NCBI GenBank assembly: GCA_964252035.1 | Contig: OZ176201.1 | Reading direction: 5' to 3' (one strand) | DNA: 64,000 nt | DNA from: Podarcis erhardii | Taxonomy: Eukaryota | In this document: positions 1 to 12,190 of the stretch, piece after piece | Numbering within the stretch: position 1 is the stretch's first letter | Layout of the letters: every line of letters starts with the position of its first letter | Translations under genes and position numbers: made by a program | Notes under the pieces: generated by a model | The model's input: only the letters and a program-made list of their open reading frames with translations | What the model was told of the DNA's origin: nothing | The model's database searches: none

Positions 1-227
1 TATTTATTTATTTATTTATTTCTGTTGATGCTGATCTGAGTTGGCTTCATTGTTGCAGACCAGCCCACAATTCAGCAGATTCCTCTCTTTCCCATCACCC
101 CATGATGGTAATATCTTTTGCTTATTTATGTGGAATGCTTTGCCCTTGCATCCCATTACAGCTGTTGAACTGTGGATCCTATCAGGTGTCGTGTAAGGCA
201 GTGTTCTCTAAAGTGAGGTCCCCAGAT

Positions 228-279
228 GCTGTTGGACTACAACTCCCGTCAGGGTTGGTGGGAGTTGTAGTCCAACAGC
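228..279. repeat. 20-bp perfect inverted repeat (gctgttggactacaactccc / gggagttgtagtccaacagc), core of a common squamate palindromic MITE-like repeat
   Basis: Arms 228-247 and 260-279 with a 12-nt loop; related ggactataactccc sequence near 30345. Confidence 0.6.
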
Positions 280-715
280 CAAGATAAAAGAAAACTATTG
301 TAAGGGAAGTAGGGTATCCCTGTGGACCTGGTGAACATAAGTGTTATACAGTTACCCTTCCTTGTTTTCACTTGCACTCAATGCAACCATTCTCCTCTGA
401 GGAGATGACTTGATTTGTGAGCATAGATTGCAGCGATACAATTTAATGCTTGTGCTGCAGCACTATTAGTGCCTCAAGTTCCCATTCAGAAACATCTTGG
501 CAACGGCTAAAATGTGGTTAAGACACATTTTTCATTAAGGATGTGGAGAAGTCTATAGAGCTCATCCCGCTGTTATTTTATAGTGAAGGTATGGATCTAC
601 TCTTAAATCCCAAACTAGATAATTCATTGTGGACAATCTTCCTGGCAAGTTCCAGAAGGATAGTCATGGTAGTCAGTTGTAGGGGGAAACCCCCCCTATG
701 ACTCTTTGATTGTGA

Positions 716-925
716 TAATAAGAACATTTAGAGATCAGCTGGATCAAGCCAAAGGACCACCTAGTCCAGCACTGTGGCCAAACACAGGGGCCTATTCTGG
801 GAAGTTTAGACTCGGTATCTGAGTGCAGTAACACTCTCCCCACCGTTGGTTCACAACAACTGCCATTCAAAGCATACTGCCTCTTGGCAGTGGAGGTAGA
901 ACATGACAATTATGGCTAATAGCCA
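716..925 (-). mobile_element. CR1-type LINE 3' fragment
   Basis: aagaac...ctggatcaagccaaaggaccacctagtccagc resembles the reverse complement of squamate CR1 3' ends (recalled). Confidence 0.5.
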
Positions 926-1594
926 CTGTTGCCAAATAACGAGAAAGCCCAAAGCATGATATAATACCACTTAGAATTGGTGTGAGAAACCTGTAGGCTT
1001 CCACATGATGTTCAGGCGCCATCACGGCTAGTGGTCAGAAATGAGGAGACCTGTAGACAAACCACATTTAGAGGCCCACAGGTTTGCAATCCCTCACAAA
1101 GGTTATAGTGGCTTCAAGGCTGCTGAGTCAGGGACTGAGCTGGCACCGCAGGACTGATTCAGACTTGTTACTGCCAACCTTCCTGTCCAGTCTGGGCATA
1201 CTACAACCTACTACTACTACCTGTTTCACATGCTGCAGGTTGGCCACCCTCTGTCCTACAGTGAAGTTGAGGTTAATATGTTTTTCATTTTTCATATTTT
1301 TCATTTTCTTGTAGCATGCTAGTCTGTTGAAATAGGAATTGCTGTGCTCCACACTAGAAATGTGAGCTGTTCTTAGGCCTTAGCTACAATTTTTTAAGCA
1401 TTTGTTATATAAATTCAGAAGCTGTTGAGTGTACTGCATCTTAACCAAAATGTCTGAAAAGGGCTTGTGTGAAATTCAGTCTTTTGAACATTTTGTCACT
1501 TTTTTATTATAGGTTGTCTGGCAGTAATTGATGCAAATCCACCCAAAGCCTTGATGTTTGGTTTGTCAAATTGACACGGTGAAATCCACAAGGA

Positions 1595-1973
1595 ATGGAG
1601 AAAGCTATTCCCACTACTTTATCAGAACAGCAGAAAGAGCACAAGGATGATGGAGAAAATACTGCGCCAATGTCCCTGGTGTCAAAAAAAGAGGATTTTG
1701 CTGCCCTTGAGTGCCCTCAAGGTGAAGAAAGAATAACTGCCTTTATTAAAGATGCAAAAACATCTCTGGAAAATGTGGCTTTGGTGGGGGCGTCAAAGGA
1801 AGGGGGGATTGTTCTCAAGAAGACTGTCCCTGGTTCTTCAGAGAAACTAGAAGCAGTGAGTAGAGAGGGGAAAGTGACGGATGAGATGTGTAACCGTAAA
1901 GAGGAGCCCAGCTTTTTGACACCATTTACTCATCAACAGCCAGGTGCTGCTTTGGAAGCCTGTAAAGTGACTG
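1595..1973 (+). CDS. WIZ: Putative first coding exon of long WIZ (exon 1513-1973), MEKAIPTT...ACKVT
   Basis: Acceptor ttttattatag|g at 1512/1513. In-frame upstream TGA at 1580. ATG in strong context (ggaATGg). Donor ACTG|gtaagt at 1973 is phase 1, matching the 61-nt exon at 22209. The peptide itself is not recognisably similar to human WIZ, so the assignment rests on structure. Confidence 0.6.
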
Positions 1974-3313
1974 GTAAGTCCAGTGCATTGTAATGATAGG
2001 CACTTTCTTTTTTTTAAAAAAAGCAAAACAACTTTTATAGGTTTGTTTCTTTCAAAGTAGATAAAAGATAAAGGCCAGGCAGGCCTCTGAGTTGAAAGTG
2101 AAGAAATATCAGCCTAGATAGTTGTCTACTTGCATCCAAGTAGAAGACTGTGCACTTCCTTCAGTGCAATGTGTGAAGTGGCCTGTAATATGTTTGCTTG
2201 TGACATATAAGAAGAGGATCAAAATGGATCTCAAGAGTTCAGCAGCCTAGTTGTAACTTGTGAATTCAGCACCACAGACAGGGGTCTGAATTTAAGTGAT
2301 GCATGGTAGAAAGCCCTAGCCCAATAACTGTTTTATGCAGACTAATACGCTGAAGTATTTATATCATAGGTTTGTCAAAGCTGTGACGCTAATAGTATCC
2401 TTTGACTTCATATGCCAACTGTGCAAGTAAAAATGGCTGTTTTGCTGTTTAGCCGTTTGGGCATGCATGTTTTAACTGATAATCCTCTTTATGCCTATTT
2501 AAGGTAATAGTCTGTAGCACTGTGCAGTTGTACATTCCAAGGAAAACTGTGAAAGACAAATGTTTAAAAGAAGTACATACAACAGAAATTGTCTTTATCC
2601 CATGTGTGTAATTGAGACTGTGAGAAGGCTGCAACAGGTGCAATGCTTCCTGCTCCTCCTGAGCTTTGCCACTTTTCCCTCTGCTACAAATGGCTGATTT
2701 GCCATTTTCCTCTGCTGTTGTTTGTGTTGTTCTTTGTCTATGAGACACGTGCACAACATAGGAATATGCTGAGGTGACATCGGACACTTCTGTAGTTCCA
2801 CAGGAATGCAGGAGAATCTGCTCTCATTCCGACTGCAGCGTTCATTTTCTAAAAGAACTTAGAAATTGGAAGCACTTACTTACGAAGAACAAACATACTG
2901 TACAGTAAGTAAACGTGACTCTGTAAACACAGCATTTCCCCCCAGAGAGTGCCATGAATTGCTGTTGTGACCACAGTGCGGAATGTGTCAAAGGCATTCA
3001 CTGAATGTTGTTACTGATGAGCAGCATAACGCCTTGACATCCACTGCGCCTGCTGTTTTGTGAATCATTGAGTTCGTTGGAGGCTGGGTACCCATCTGTA
3101 CATTTGAAGTGCTTAAAAGAAAATCAAAACTCTGCTCAAATGTTCCTTGTATTGTATGCCAAGGAAAGCTGAATCCTACAGCTTGTATGAAATTCACAAA
3201 TTTGGTGGTGTTGGCTTATTCTTGGTTACCTAGCTTGTTTTGTTTCTGTTAGTCATGAAGGAGGACAGAGAAATATGTATAGCATAGAACAACAGCCTTA
3301 CCTCAGCACTGTA

Positions 3314-3555
3314 CAGTGGTACCTCTGGTTAAGAACTTAATTCGTTCCGGAGGTCCGTTCTTAACCTGAAACTGTTCTTAACCTGAGGTACCACTTTAGC
3401 TAATGGGGCCTCCCACTGCTGCCACACAGCCGGCGTGCAATTTCTGTTCTCATCCTGAGGTAAAATTCTTAACCCGAGGTGCTACTTCCAGGTTAGCGGA
3501 GTCTGTAACCTGAAGCGTTTGTAACCCAAAGCATCTGTAACCCGAGATACTGCTG
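3314..3555. mobile_element. Tc1/mariner-pogo-type MITE, copy 1
   Basis: TA|CAGTGGTACCTC...GAGATACTGCTG|TA; interior shared with copies at 15161, 17875 and 61342. Confidence 0.88.
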
Positions 3556-4604
3556 TATCTATTTTAAATTTTTTTTTTCTGTACTGTGGTTTGCTCTTGG
3601 GGGTGGATTTTTTTTGGGGGGTGCAGTTGGTCCTGTGGGTTAGGAGTGGGTCACCCCTGCACAAGACATTCTGTTTCTGACACTTCAGTTTTATATCATC
3701 TTCTTGTGCTATACAGCAGTATTAACAAGCTTGGACATGGCTGATGCTGTGACCTGCTCTTTTCTCAACAACGTACTATGTTGCACCACTGGCATTTGTT
3801 TGTTAGGAGATTGCCATGTTCATAGGTTCCTTTCAGTGATAAATATTGTCAAGGTCCTGATGATAATCAGTACTGCCATCAGTGGTGCAGTGGGAAATGA
3901 TGAAGTGCATTCCCTTCACAACATTCCCTATACCCAATCCTGACGTCAATTCCAAGTTAGCTTTTTATTCATAACCACCCTCCAGTCTTATGACAATTTC
4001 TGCTGTACTCGGAAGGTTCCTTGTTATTTTATGACCTACCATTTGGCCATAATAAAGGGATTTCGGAATATTCCAAAATAAACATGGCAGCTTAACCTTT
4101 AGATGTTTGTGCTAATATAACCCACCTCTTTCTATGCTTAGTTTCTTAGTTTCTGAGAAGACTAGAGTGTATTTATTTGGCATGCAGAGGATTGGCAGAT
4201 AGTGCCCCAGGAGATGATATCGTCATCCCTGTTGTGACATAAGTGGCAGTGTTTTTGTCCTTGCTCCACTACACCACTGACTGCCATCCTGGTATTTCAG
4301 CTATAACAGATATCTGTCATGGATGGTATCTCAGTTATGACAGATGAGAATTAATCTGAACACAAAAATAAGGCATCTTAACTACTGAGTGTTTGGTAGC
4401 CTGCAAGAAGCAGGTTTGCCTGGTCACTATTGCTTTTGCTTTGACTGCTCAGTAAACCTCCTGGGCATGCTGTGGGGTTAACTGCTAGGACTTTGAAGTA
4501 AGGCAAGAAACTTCAGCACTCCATACAGGTGACAGCATATGCACTGAGTTGGGTCACACAAAGGTGTGTAGCGTTCAGCCTTTAGTTTCATTACCTTTTA
4601 TTTT

Positions 4605-5332
4605 TAGGCTTGCCATATTTCAAAAAGTAAAAATCTTGACACCCCCCCCCCAATACCCACCCTGGATTCCCTGCCTTCCCGCTTCCCTCAGTGGGCACAT
4701 CTGGCCATTGCTTCACTTGCACATGAGCCTGTGTTGCCTCCCTTTTACCTGCAGGAGACAGTGAGAGTTGTCGGGAGGAGCACTTGCACCTTGTGGCTGG
4801 GTGGGCAGGCTCGGAGACGTAAACGGTGGGTCCAGGCCCCTGGGAAATGCGCATAAGGTGCTGGCACTGCAGCCACGGCAAGAGCCCACTGCACTCAGGG
4901 CACTGCGGCCATGGCAAGAGCCTACTGCACTCAGGGCACTGTGGCCATGGCAAGAGCCTACTGTACTCAGGGCACTGTGGCCATGGCAAGAGCCTACTGC
5001 ACTCAGGGCACTGTGGCCATGGCAAGAGCCCACTGCACTCAGGGCACTGCAGCCACGGCAAGAGCCCACTGCACTCAGGACATTGTGCCACTGCCGTCTA
5101 GTGCACCACGCATGCCTCAGAGAAGCAGTTCCCTGACAGGGCAGCCACGCACGGCCAAATAAGGGAAGCAGCGGGCAGTGCCAACAGCAGCGGCACCATG
5201 GGCAACTGGAGCCCTCACCATGTGCCCAGCAAAGAAACCCCAGGAAAAAATCCAAAAAAATTGCCCCAGACGCCATTTTGGGCGTCTGATTTCTGGGCAT
5301 GTCCTGAATTTTCCGGATGTATGGCAAGCCTA
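4605..5332. mobile_element. Non-autonomous hAT element (Blackjack-like TIR), 728 bp
   Basis: 13-bp TIRs TAGGCTTGCCATA / TATGGCAAGCCTA; 8-bp target-site duplication tttatttt (4597-4604) / tttatttc (5333-5340). Confidence 0.8.
4863..5078. repeat. 36-bp minisatellite, six copies, inside the hAT element
   Basis: Unit ggcactgYRgccaYggcaagagccYactgYactcag; units 1 and 6 are identical. Confidence 0.95.
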
Positions 5333-8300
5333 TTTATTTCCCCCTTTTCTCTCCAGTGATGGGCCTGGTCATTTTGTCCCCTATTCTCTCAGTGTCTTTG
5401 GATGAAGTAATTCTTCATCCAACTCTGGATGAAGTAATTCTGTATAATTGTAGCCTGCTTTCAGTAGGAGTTTCTAAGCTTTTGTTGAGAGGGTGTAGAA
5501 GAAACCGATCTTGTTGTCTTACTAGTATATTAAAACCAGCACATATTTTGGGAACTGAGTAGCTTCTCTGGCAAATTGCCTTGCCCCTAAATATGGGTTT
5601 CTAGTCGTAATTAAAATTAATAAATTTACACGAATATGCATCTATATATTGTAGTCTCTGTTTCTTGAACGAAGCACTCAAAAAGGTTGGTGGGTGATGC
5701 ATTGATTCTCAAAATTTAGAAACTCTTAAAAATGACTATATAATTTTCTGAGCAATACTGTGGCTCTGAAGTTTTTACACAAGCAATCAATTCAGCTAGG
5801 AATTTTCCAGATAAAAAAACTCACAGGTCCTCCCTTGGGCTGTATGCATCATGTAAACATTTAGAAAAACACATCACAAGCCTGGCTGTTGTGTTGGGGA
5901 CAGGAAATGTAGTGATTTTAAAAATCCTACACTTTTCTGGACAGTTACATTCAACAGGACTGAGCAGTCACTCATCCCCCTCCTCATTTAAGCTTGTTTC
6001 TCACAGAAGCTCTCAATTAACTAAGATGGGCATACTCTAACTTTGACACAACTAACTATTATCCGGTCACTGGAGTGAGCCTCTGCCTCTGCCCCACCAT
6101 AGCACAGACCTCACTCTCTTCTCAGTCTCCACATCAACCAGTCCTGCCTCTGCGATTTCCACTTCTGCCAGAAAACTTGCAAAATTGCTGATCTGGATCT
6201 GGCTCCACTTGCAAGATTGGGTGGGAGATGAAGAAGGCCAGTGGGGAAAAGAGATGTCTCCTTTTGAACAGCATTCACCACTCATCTCCCAAGTAAAAGT
6301 TTTGCTGCCTGTGCCAGTGCTCCAACCACTGCCACATCTTCCTGCCTCTGCCCCATGCTTACAAACATGGAGCAACAGCTAATCAAGGGACAAAGTGGCA
6401 TCACACGCCACTTGCAAGGAAGGAAAGTGAGCGCTGCATAGTTGCCTAGGCAGTGTATTACAAATCCCAAGTGGCCTTGTGAAAACTACATCTCAGAAAG
6501 GAATCTTGCACATGCATTAGTTACAGTATAAGAAAAATTAGGACTTTGAGAGGGGGAACATATTAATTTCCAAATGACTTTCATAATTTCCAGCCAGTTT
6601 CCAGCTTAGGTTCCCGTGGTTTGCAAAAAAATGGGAAATCTGGCCTCTTTAAGAGGCATACAGATACAGTAGTTGGTATCTGATGCCAAGTCTACGTGGG
6701 TATTTTTTTTTAAGGGGGCGGGCAGTATTGTGATGCTGCAGCAGCACAGAAAGATAAGGTTTTTACATTGAACACGCAAGCTAGCATATTGCATGTTCAT
6801 GTTGTCATTTCTTTCCTTTCATGCAAGTTTCTAGCCCTTAAGACTGCAAAGATAGGCTCGAAAATGTGTGTGAGCAATGTCTGAAATCTCTGGAGCCAGA
6901 GAGAGATTAAACAGCACTTCCTGTGGACACAGAATGACTCTGCTATATATAGCTTCATGTCTCTCACCAGATATACCAGTGTCAGAATAAAACCCAAAAC
7001 AAGAAAATAAATACAAATTTGTTCAGCTTGCATAGGCTGGGATTCAAAGAACTACTTTAGGGATGTGCCCAGTGGCATTTTTGTTTTCCCCATCTCTTCT
7101 TTGAACAGCAGGCATCCATGCCATACCACAAACTCTGGCAATTAAGCAGTATATAAATACATATATTTTTTAAAAAAAATATTGAAAGCCCCTTCATCTT
7201 CAGAAGGAATTTGTTAGGATGTCATTGATAACAAAATGCCAGCCCATATTTTTCCCCACCCATGTAATCCAGATTTACCCTTTCTGAATAAATCCAACAT
7301 TTATTTATTTTTAAATATTGCCAATAATCAATTTGTGATATTCCATGACCCATTTACAATATTAAGCCACTGCCTGGAAGCACCATTATGAAGTTCCCTT
7401 ATGCCAGTTTAGGCAGACTGGAGATTTCTACTGCATAGCTGTGGTCAATGAGAGTTTGTAATTAAGAGGTTGTTTTATAAAGATGGCAGACAATATTCAT
7501 CCTTAGACTAGCCTTATAACTAGCTTGAAAATGTGTGGTCAGCTTCTGTTTAATTGACTCAGAAACTATAGTTGTCGCTGGGGTTCTTGTCTATCCCCAT
7601 ATCCTTTAAAATGAAATCTCATCCTATCTATTGTGGTTGATGCCATATGCATTTATTGGCAAGCCACTTTGTGAAGGCATTTTGCCTTGAAAAAGCAGGA
7701 TGCAAATACCAAAATAAAATGATTTCCCCCTTTCTGGTGTAGCACCACTACCTACCATAATTTTTAGTTGTTTAAACCCCAAAATATTGTCAGCAATAAT
7801 GGATTTGTGCTTGATTTACTTGACTTATCCTGACTGCAATATTCGTGTTCTATTTACTGTAGAATTTGATATCCTCTGACCACCTCCACCCAAGGTTGAT
7901 TGAGAGTAAAGATTTTGGCTCAGCTTTACCTTTCTATAGACTCAAATGGTCATTCAGTTGAGTGACCACCTCTGCTCCAGTTAATTTCAGACAAATACTT
8001 GGAATTGCAAGATGCCGTGAGATGACTCCCTCCAAGCTCATTTTGTAAAAGCTTTGGGAGTCATTTAAAATAGTTGTTATTATGTTGGCAGACAAATGTG
8101 AACAATACTGATCCAGGGTTGGATTGCACATTTTCCCCAAATAACATAGGAAATGACTTGTTGAAACTGGTGGCAAATCTGCTCCTCCAAAACATTATCT
8201 CAGTGGGAGTAGGTGAAAGTAGAAGAGTCTCAGTTGCCATCTGATGGTGAGGGAGGTATTCAGGTTAGCTTGCTGAAGTGAAAAGAGTGGTCTTATAATA

Positions 8301-9214
8301 TCTGTTCTGCTGCCTGAAAGAACTTTTTTTGCTTTTATCCTGATGTCACACTGAGTCTGCTTCAGATCTGCCAGCCTCTTAAAGACTCTGACTGTCAGCG
8401 CACAAAGGTCTCTTTCATAAACTCACAGCTCTTTCTTCTGAGCGGCTGTATCTGTAGCTTCCTTCTGTGAGGAACTTGCCATTATGTTTCTGAGTTTGTT
8501 ATGCTTAAGTTTTAAATCTGACAAAGGATGTGCTCTTTGACTGTGGAGCAGCAGGAAATGGAGAGAGCTCTGGATGCCAAAAATCACCAAAACGTTCACT
8601 TGAAGTTGGTGACCAATGAATGTTGAAGCAAGCATTCTCAAGGGTCCAGAATGTGAAGCAACTGCCCCCTAACATTTAGGCCACATCTTCAGACCCAGTT
8701 CTGAAATCTTATAGGCTGTGTAAAACCAACAATGAGGGAGTTTGAGATCTGTGGGCTGAGACAGTGGATAGAAGGGATGTTACTAATTATTTGTGCATCT
8801 GGTTGTTCGGTTTGCCCACACACTTACAGTACCCCATGTCTGGCACTATTGTGGTGGTGTTGTTTTCATTGGGGTCATAGCAATGTCTCATCAGCACACC
8901 ACAGAAGCTCCTGGAAATGGACTTGTGGTTTTGACGTGCCTTGATTATGAATGGTTGGGAGCTCCACCTAAAGATGATAAAGCATTTAAGCTTGCAATTG
9001 ATTAGTGCAGTGTTCCAAGACCTAATGGTTTCTGTGTCAGCCAAGTTTGTGATCAGTGTGAGAAGATGAACAGTAGACCCATCAAGCTGGAATCGTAGTT
9101 CAGTAAGAATGACTGCATGATTGCAATAGCGTTGTATATTTATAATGCATGCAGCAGCACTCGTAACTGTGTTTTAACAGTTTGTGTTTAATGAGCTCCA
9201 CTGAGATGTTATGG

Positions 9215-9385
9215 AGGGGATGGTTCAATCCTATCAAAGAATGGAAGGAGTTTGGGGAGTTGGAGCTTGATGACCCGGGGAGGGTCCCAGCAGGTTGGAG
9301 GAAGCAAAATTGTGCTCCCAATAAATGTCATAATACAAGGAAGAGGCCCGTGATCTATGATTCTATAATTCTATGATTCTGTGAT
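9215..9385 (+). mobile_element. Degenerate CR1 3' end with (ATTCTAT)n-like tail
   Basis: tctatgattctataattctatgattctgtgat at 9354-9385. Confidence 0.5.
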
Positions 9386-10269
9386 CCAAAGAGTAAGCAT
9401 CTGGATCCAGAGGAGATATCAACTGGGTTGACAAGGAAGTGTTCCTTCCCTGTGGTATCTGATGCCTCTCGTCAGACTTCTCCTATTGTGGAGCTGCCTT
9501 TGGTGCCACCTCCTATCAGTGAAGAGCTTCCCCCTTCTATGGAAACGACTGAGAATAAGTCAGATGCTGTGCTGGTGCCGACTCCTTTTCTGCCTCCATG
9601 GAGATACCAGCACAGACAAGCTTTGAAGGCCCAACCGACTCATAGGAATCTGAGTGCCCATTTACTTACCCTGTCCCAGGACTGCAGCTGTTTGCTGTGC
9701 TAAGAACTGTGTTCACCTTGCTGTTCAAAAGGAAGATGCAAGGGGCACATTGTTTGTTGGATCAAAGTCTTAGCTGGTGCTTAACCATGTCGCTATAATT
9801 TCCTTGCACCTGCTAAACCTTGTAACCAGTGCCTTGCCTATGTACCAATCTGATTTATGACTTTGGAAGAAACAGAGCTGGGAGTGTGATTTCTTTGACT
9901 GTCACTTGTCAGTGAGGGCCAGGATGTTTTCTATTCGTTTCATGTTTATTCATTTCATGTTTATACCTCTTTATATTTTTATGAAAAAAACTCAAAGCGG
10001 CTAACAACTCATTAAAACATGAAAGTATACATTCAAGGCAACATAATTAATAGAAAACTAAAATATTATCTTAAAGATTTCAAAATAAAACATTGCAAAG
10101 GAGGTCAACTACAGAATGCACATCTAACACAGCAAAGATTAAAAAAAATCAAAAGAAAACATTACTAAAAGAAGTCAAGTATAAAGTATGCATTTAAAAC
10201 TGCATAGTCAAAACAAAATAAAAATATTCCTTCCAGTAGCACCTTAAAGACCAACTAAGTTAGTTCTTG

Positions 10270-10307
10270 GTATGAGCTTTCGTGTGCATGCACACTTCTT
10301 CAGATAC
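10270..10307 (-). ncRNA. Minimal type I hammerhead ribozyme motif, - strand
   Basis: Exact reverse complement of the + strand copy. Confidence 0.65.
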
Positions 10308-10330
10308 ACTTCTTCAGATACAGATTTTGT

Positions 10331-10368
10331 GTATCTGAAGAAGTGTGCATGCACACGAAAGCTCATAC
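10331..10368 (+). ncRNA. Minimal type I hammerhead ribozyme motif, + strand
   Basis: Stem I GTAT/ATAC; CTGAAGA at 10335-10341; stem II GTGTGC-AT-GCACAC; GAAA at 10357-10360; short palindromic AGCT helix III; predicted cleavage after CUC at 10364. Confidence 0.65.
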
Positions 10369-11859
10369 CAAGAACTAACTTAGTTGGTCTTTAAGGTGCT
10401 ACTGGAAGGAATATTTTTTATTTTAAGGTGCTACTGGAAGGAATTTTTTTATTTTGTTTTGACTATGGCAGACCAACACGGCTACCTATCTGTAACTAAA
10501 ACTGCATAGTTAGCAAGAGAATTAAATATTTTCATAAGCATAGAACATATCTACTGGGCCGTGGCTGTGGAAGCTCAGGCTCAATGACCTGGATCGGCAC
10601 TCAGAGACAGCCAAGATACCATCAAAATCACTGCAAGTCATGCTCAATGTCCTCATCCTTTTTAAAAGCTTTTAGTTGCATATATCTGGCACATTTCTGA
10701 TTAATACAAACATTTCTGATTTTCTGCAAGACTTATATCTTTAAAAATCCTTATGGTGATGCAACTACACTACTGGATGACCTTTTGGTAATAGCTTTTT
10801 TGCATGTATTTCATGACATTTAGAAAAATTATCTTGACCAAATTTTAGCTCTACTTATAGAAAAAAGTTAATTCAGCAGAGAGACGAAATACCAGCTTGT
10901 TCCCACCAGTATTTTTGAAGGCCAACACTTTCAGGAAACCCTAACTCAGAATGCCTTGACTTCTGACCTATAACACCAGGCAAATAGGTTTCTTCTGTAA
11001 TTCCAGACATGCACATTCCAGAGATGTTGTGACCTGTTAAATCTTCAAATCTCAAGACTTATCCAGTTTTTTGAGGTGAATTGAAAGTGGTTTCTTACAT
11101 TAGTTGTTGTATAGGATCCAGGTGTCCTCCCACAAAGAGCGCTTCTGTGGGGAAATTATATTTTCCCGGTACTGCATTTTCTTCGCTGGGAAAATTCAGT
11201 CTTTTTCTTTCTACCCCCATCAGACAACTAGTGATGTGTAAACTGCCATCGAACAAGAATTGTAGACAGCTGTTGGATTGTGACCTTGACTTTACAAATG
11301 AATGTAGCACAAGTTCATCTCCCCTCACTATTTTGTCTACACTTTTAGTTTCATTTTGCTTTGTAAAAGTGCTTGCGTCGCCTTTTTGTTGAAGATTTTC
11401 TCCTGACTTTGTAGATTTTTGTTATGACTGGGTGTTCCCCACTTCTAGGGCTGAAGTACACAGCCTGCAATTTAAAAACAAATCCCAATCCTGCCCCAAC
11501 CTTGGCAAGGTTTCTTACCCTGCTGTAAGCCTGTTCCTCCCTTACCCAATCTCCTCCATCCATTTTGCTTGGCCTATAAATGATGCCATTGTCTCAGCAA
11601 ATGGCAAAATGTAGCAAGAGCACATTTTGAATGATTATTTGGATACGTGTCTCCTTTAATCACCTTTGCAAAATAGAGTTTGGCCTGAGGATGTCCAGAT
11701 ATGCTCAGAGAATAAGTACTTCATGCAAATGCTAAATACTCATATTTGGTCAGAAATATAGTGCCTTTGCCATCGCTGTTACCCCCAGAAAAACCATGCA
11801 ATTTGAATTTTCTTTGTGGTCTGCAGCATTTCAGGTGCTTCTGTGGGCATAAACATTGA

Positions 11860-12190
11860 AAAGGTAAAGGGACCCCTGACCGTTAGGTCCAGTCACAGAC
11901 AACTCTGGGGCCGCGGCGCTCATCTCGTTTTACTGGCCGAGGGAGCCGGCGTTTGTCCGCAGAAAGTTTTTCCGGGTCATGTGGCCAACATGACTAAGCC
12001 GCTTCTGACGAACCAGAGCAGCACACGGAAACACCTACTTGCACTTTGGCGTGCTTTTGAACTGCTAGGTTGGCAGGAGCAGGGACCCGAGCAACGGGAG
12101 CTCACCCCGTTGCAGGGATTCGAACCTCCGACCTTCTGATCGGCAAATCCTAGGCTCTGTGGTTTAACCCACAGCGCCACCCGCGTCCCT
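11860..12190 (-). mobile_element. Sauria SINE (lacertid POM-like), internally deleted copy
   Basis: On -: GGGACGCGGGTGGCGCTGTGGGTTAAACC...GGTTCGAATCCC B-box...CCCTTTACCTT tail. Confidence 0.92.

Larger units (their letters stand above)
10209..10497. mobile_element. Penelope-like element remnant: inverted pseudo-LTR pair
   Basis: 90-bp perfect inverted repeat (10220-10309 / 10329-10418). Contains aagctcatacc...ttagttggtctttaaggtgctac, typical of reptile Penelope ends (recalled). 14-bp flanking direct repeat taaaactgcatagt at 10195-10208 and 10497-10510. Confidence 0.8.

Noticed and set aside
4591-5327. Six overlapping ORFs of 83-204 aa, including a CPEC-repeat peptide that looks zinc-finger-like
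   Set aside because: They arise from a stop-free 36-bp minisatellite inside a non-autonomous hAT element; there are no complete C2H2 motifs or convincing splice signals.
6067-6470. Overlapping ORFs and a good + strand acceptor at 6125/6126 as a possible WIZ exon
   Set aside because: No phase-1 donor occurs before the stop codon, and the peptides are unrecognisable.
7934-8176. Minus-strand 80-aa ORF with an amphipathic-looking stretch (LSANIITTILNDSQ)
   Set aside because: No clean acceptor, and a stop precedes the nearby donor; it could not be fitted to the antisense exon chain.
11465-11518. Minus-strand GT-AG pair defining a 54-nt intron
   Set aside because: Shorter than typical vertebrate minimum intron length; likely chance.
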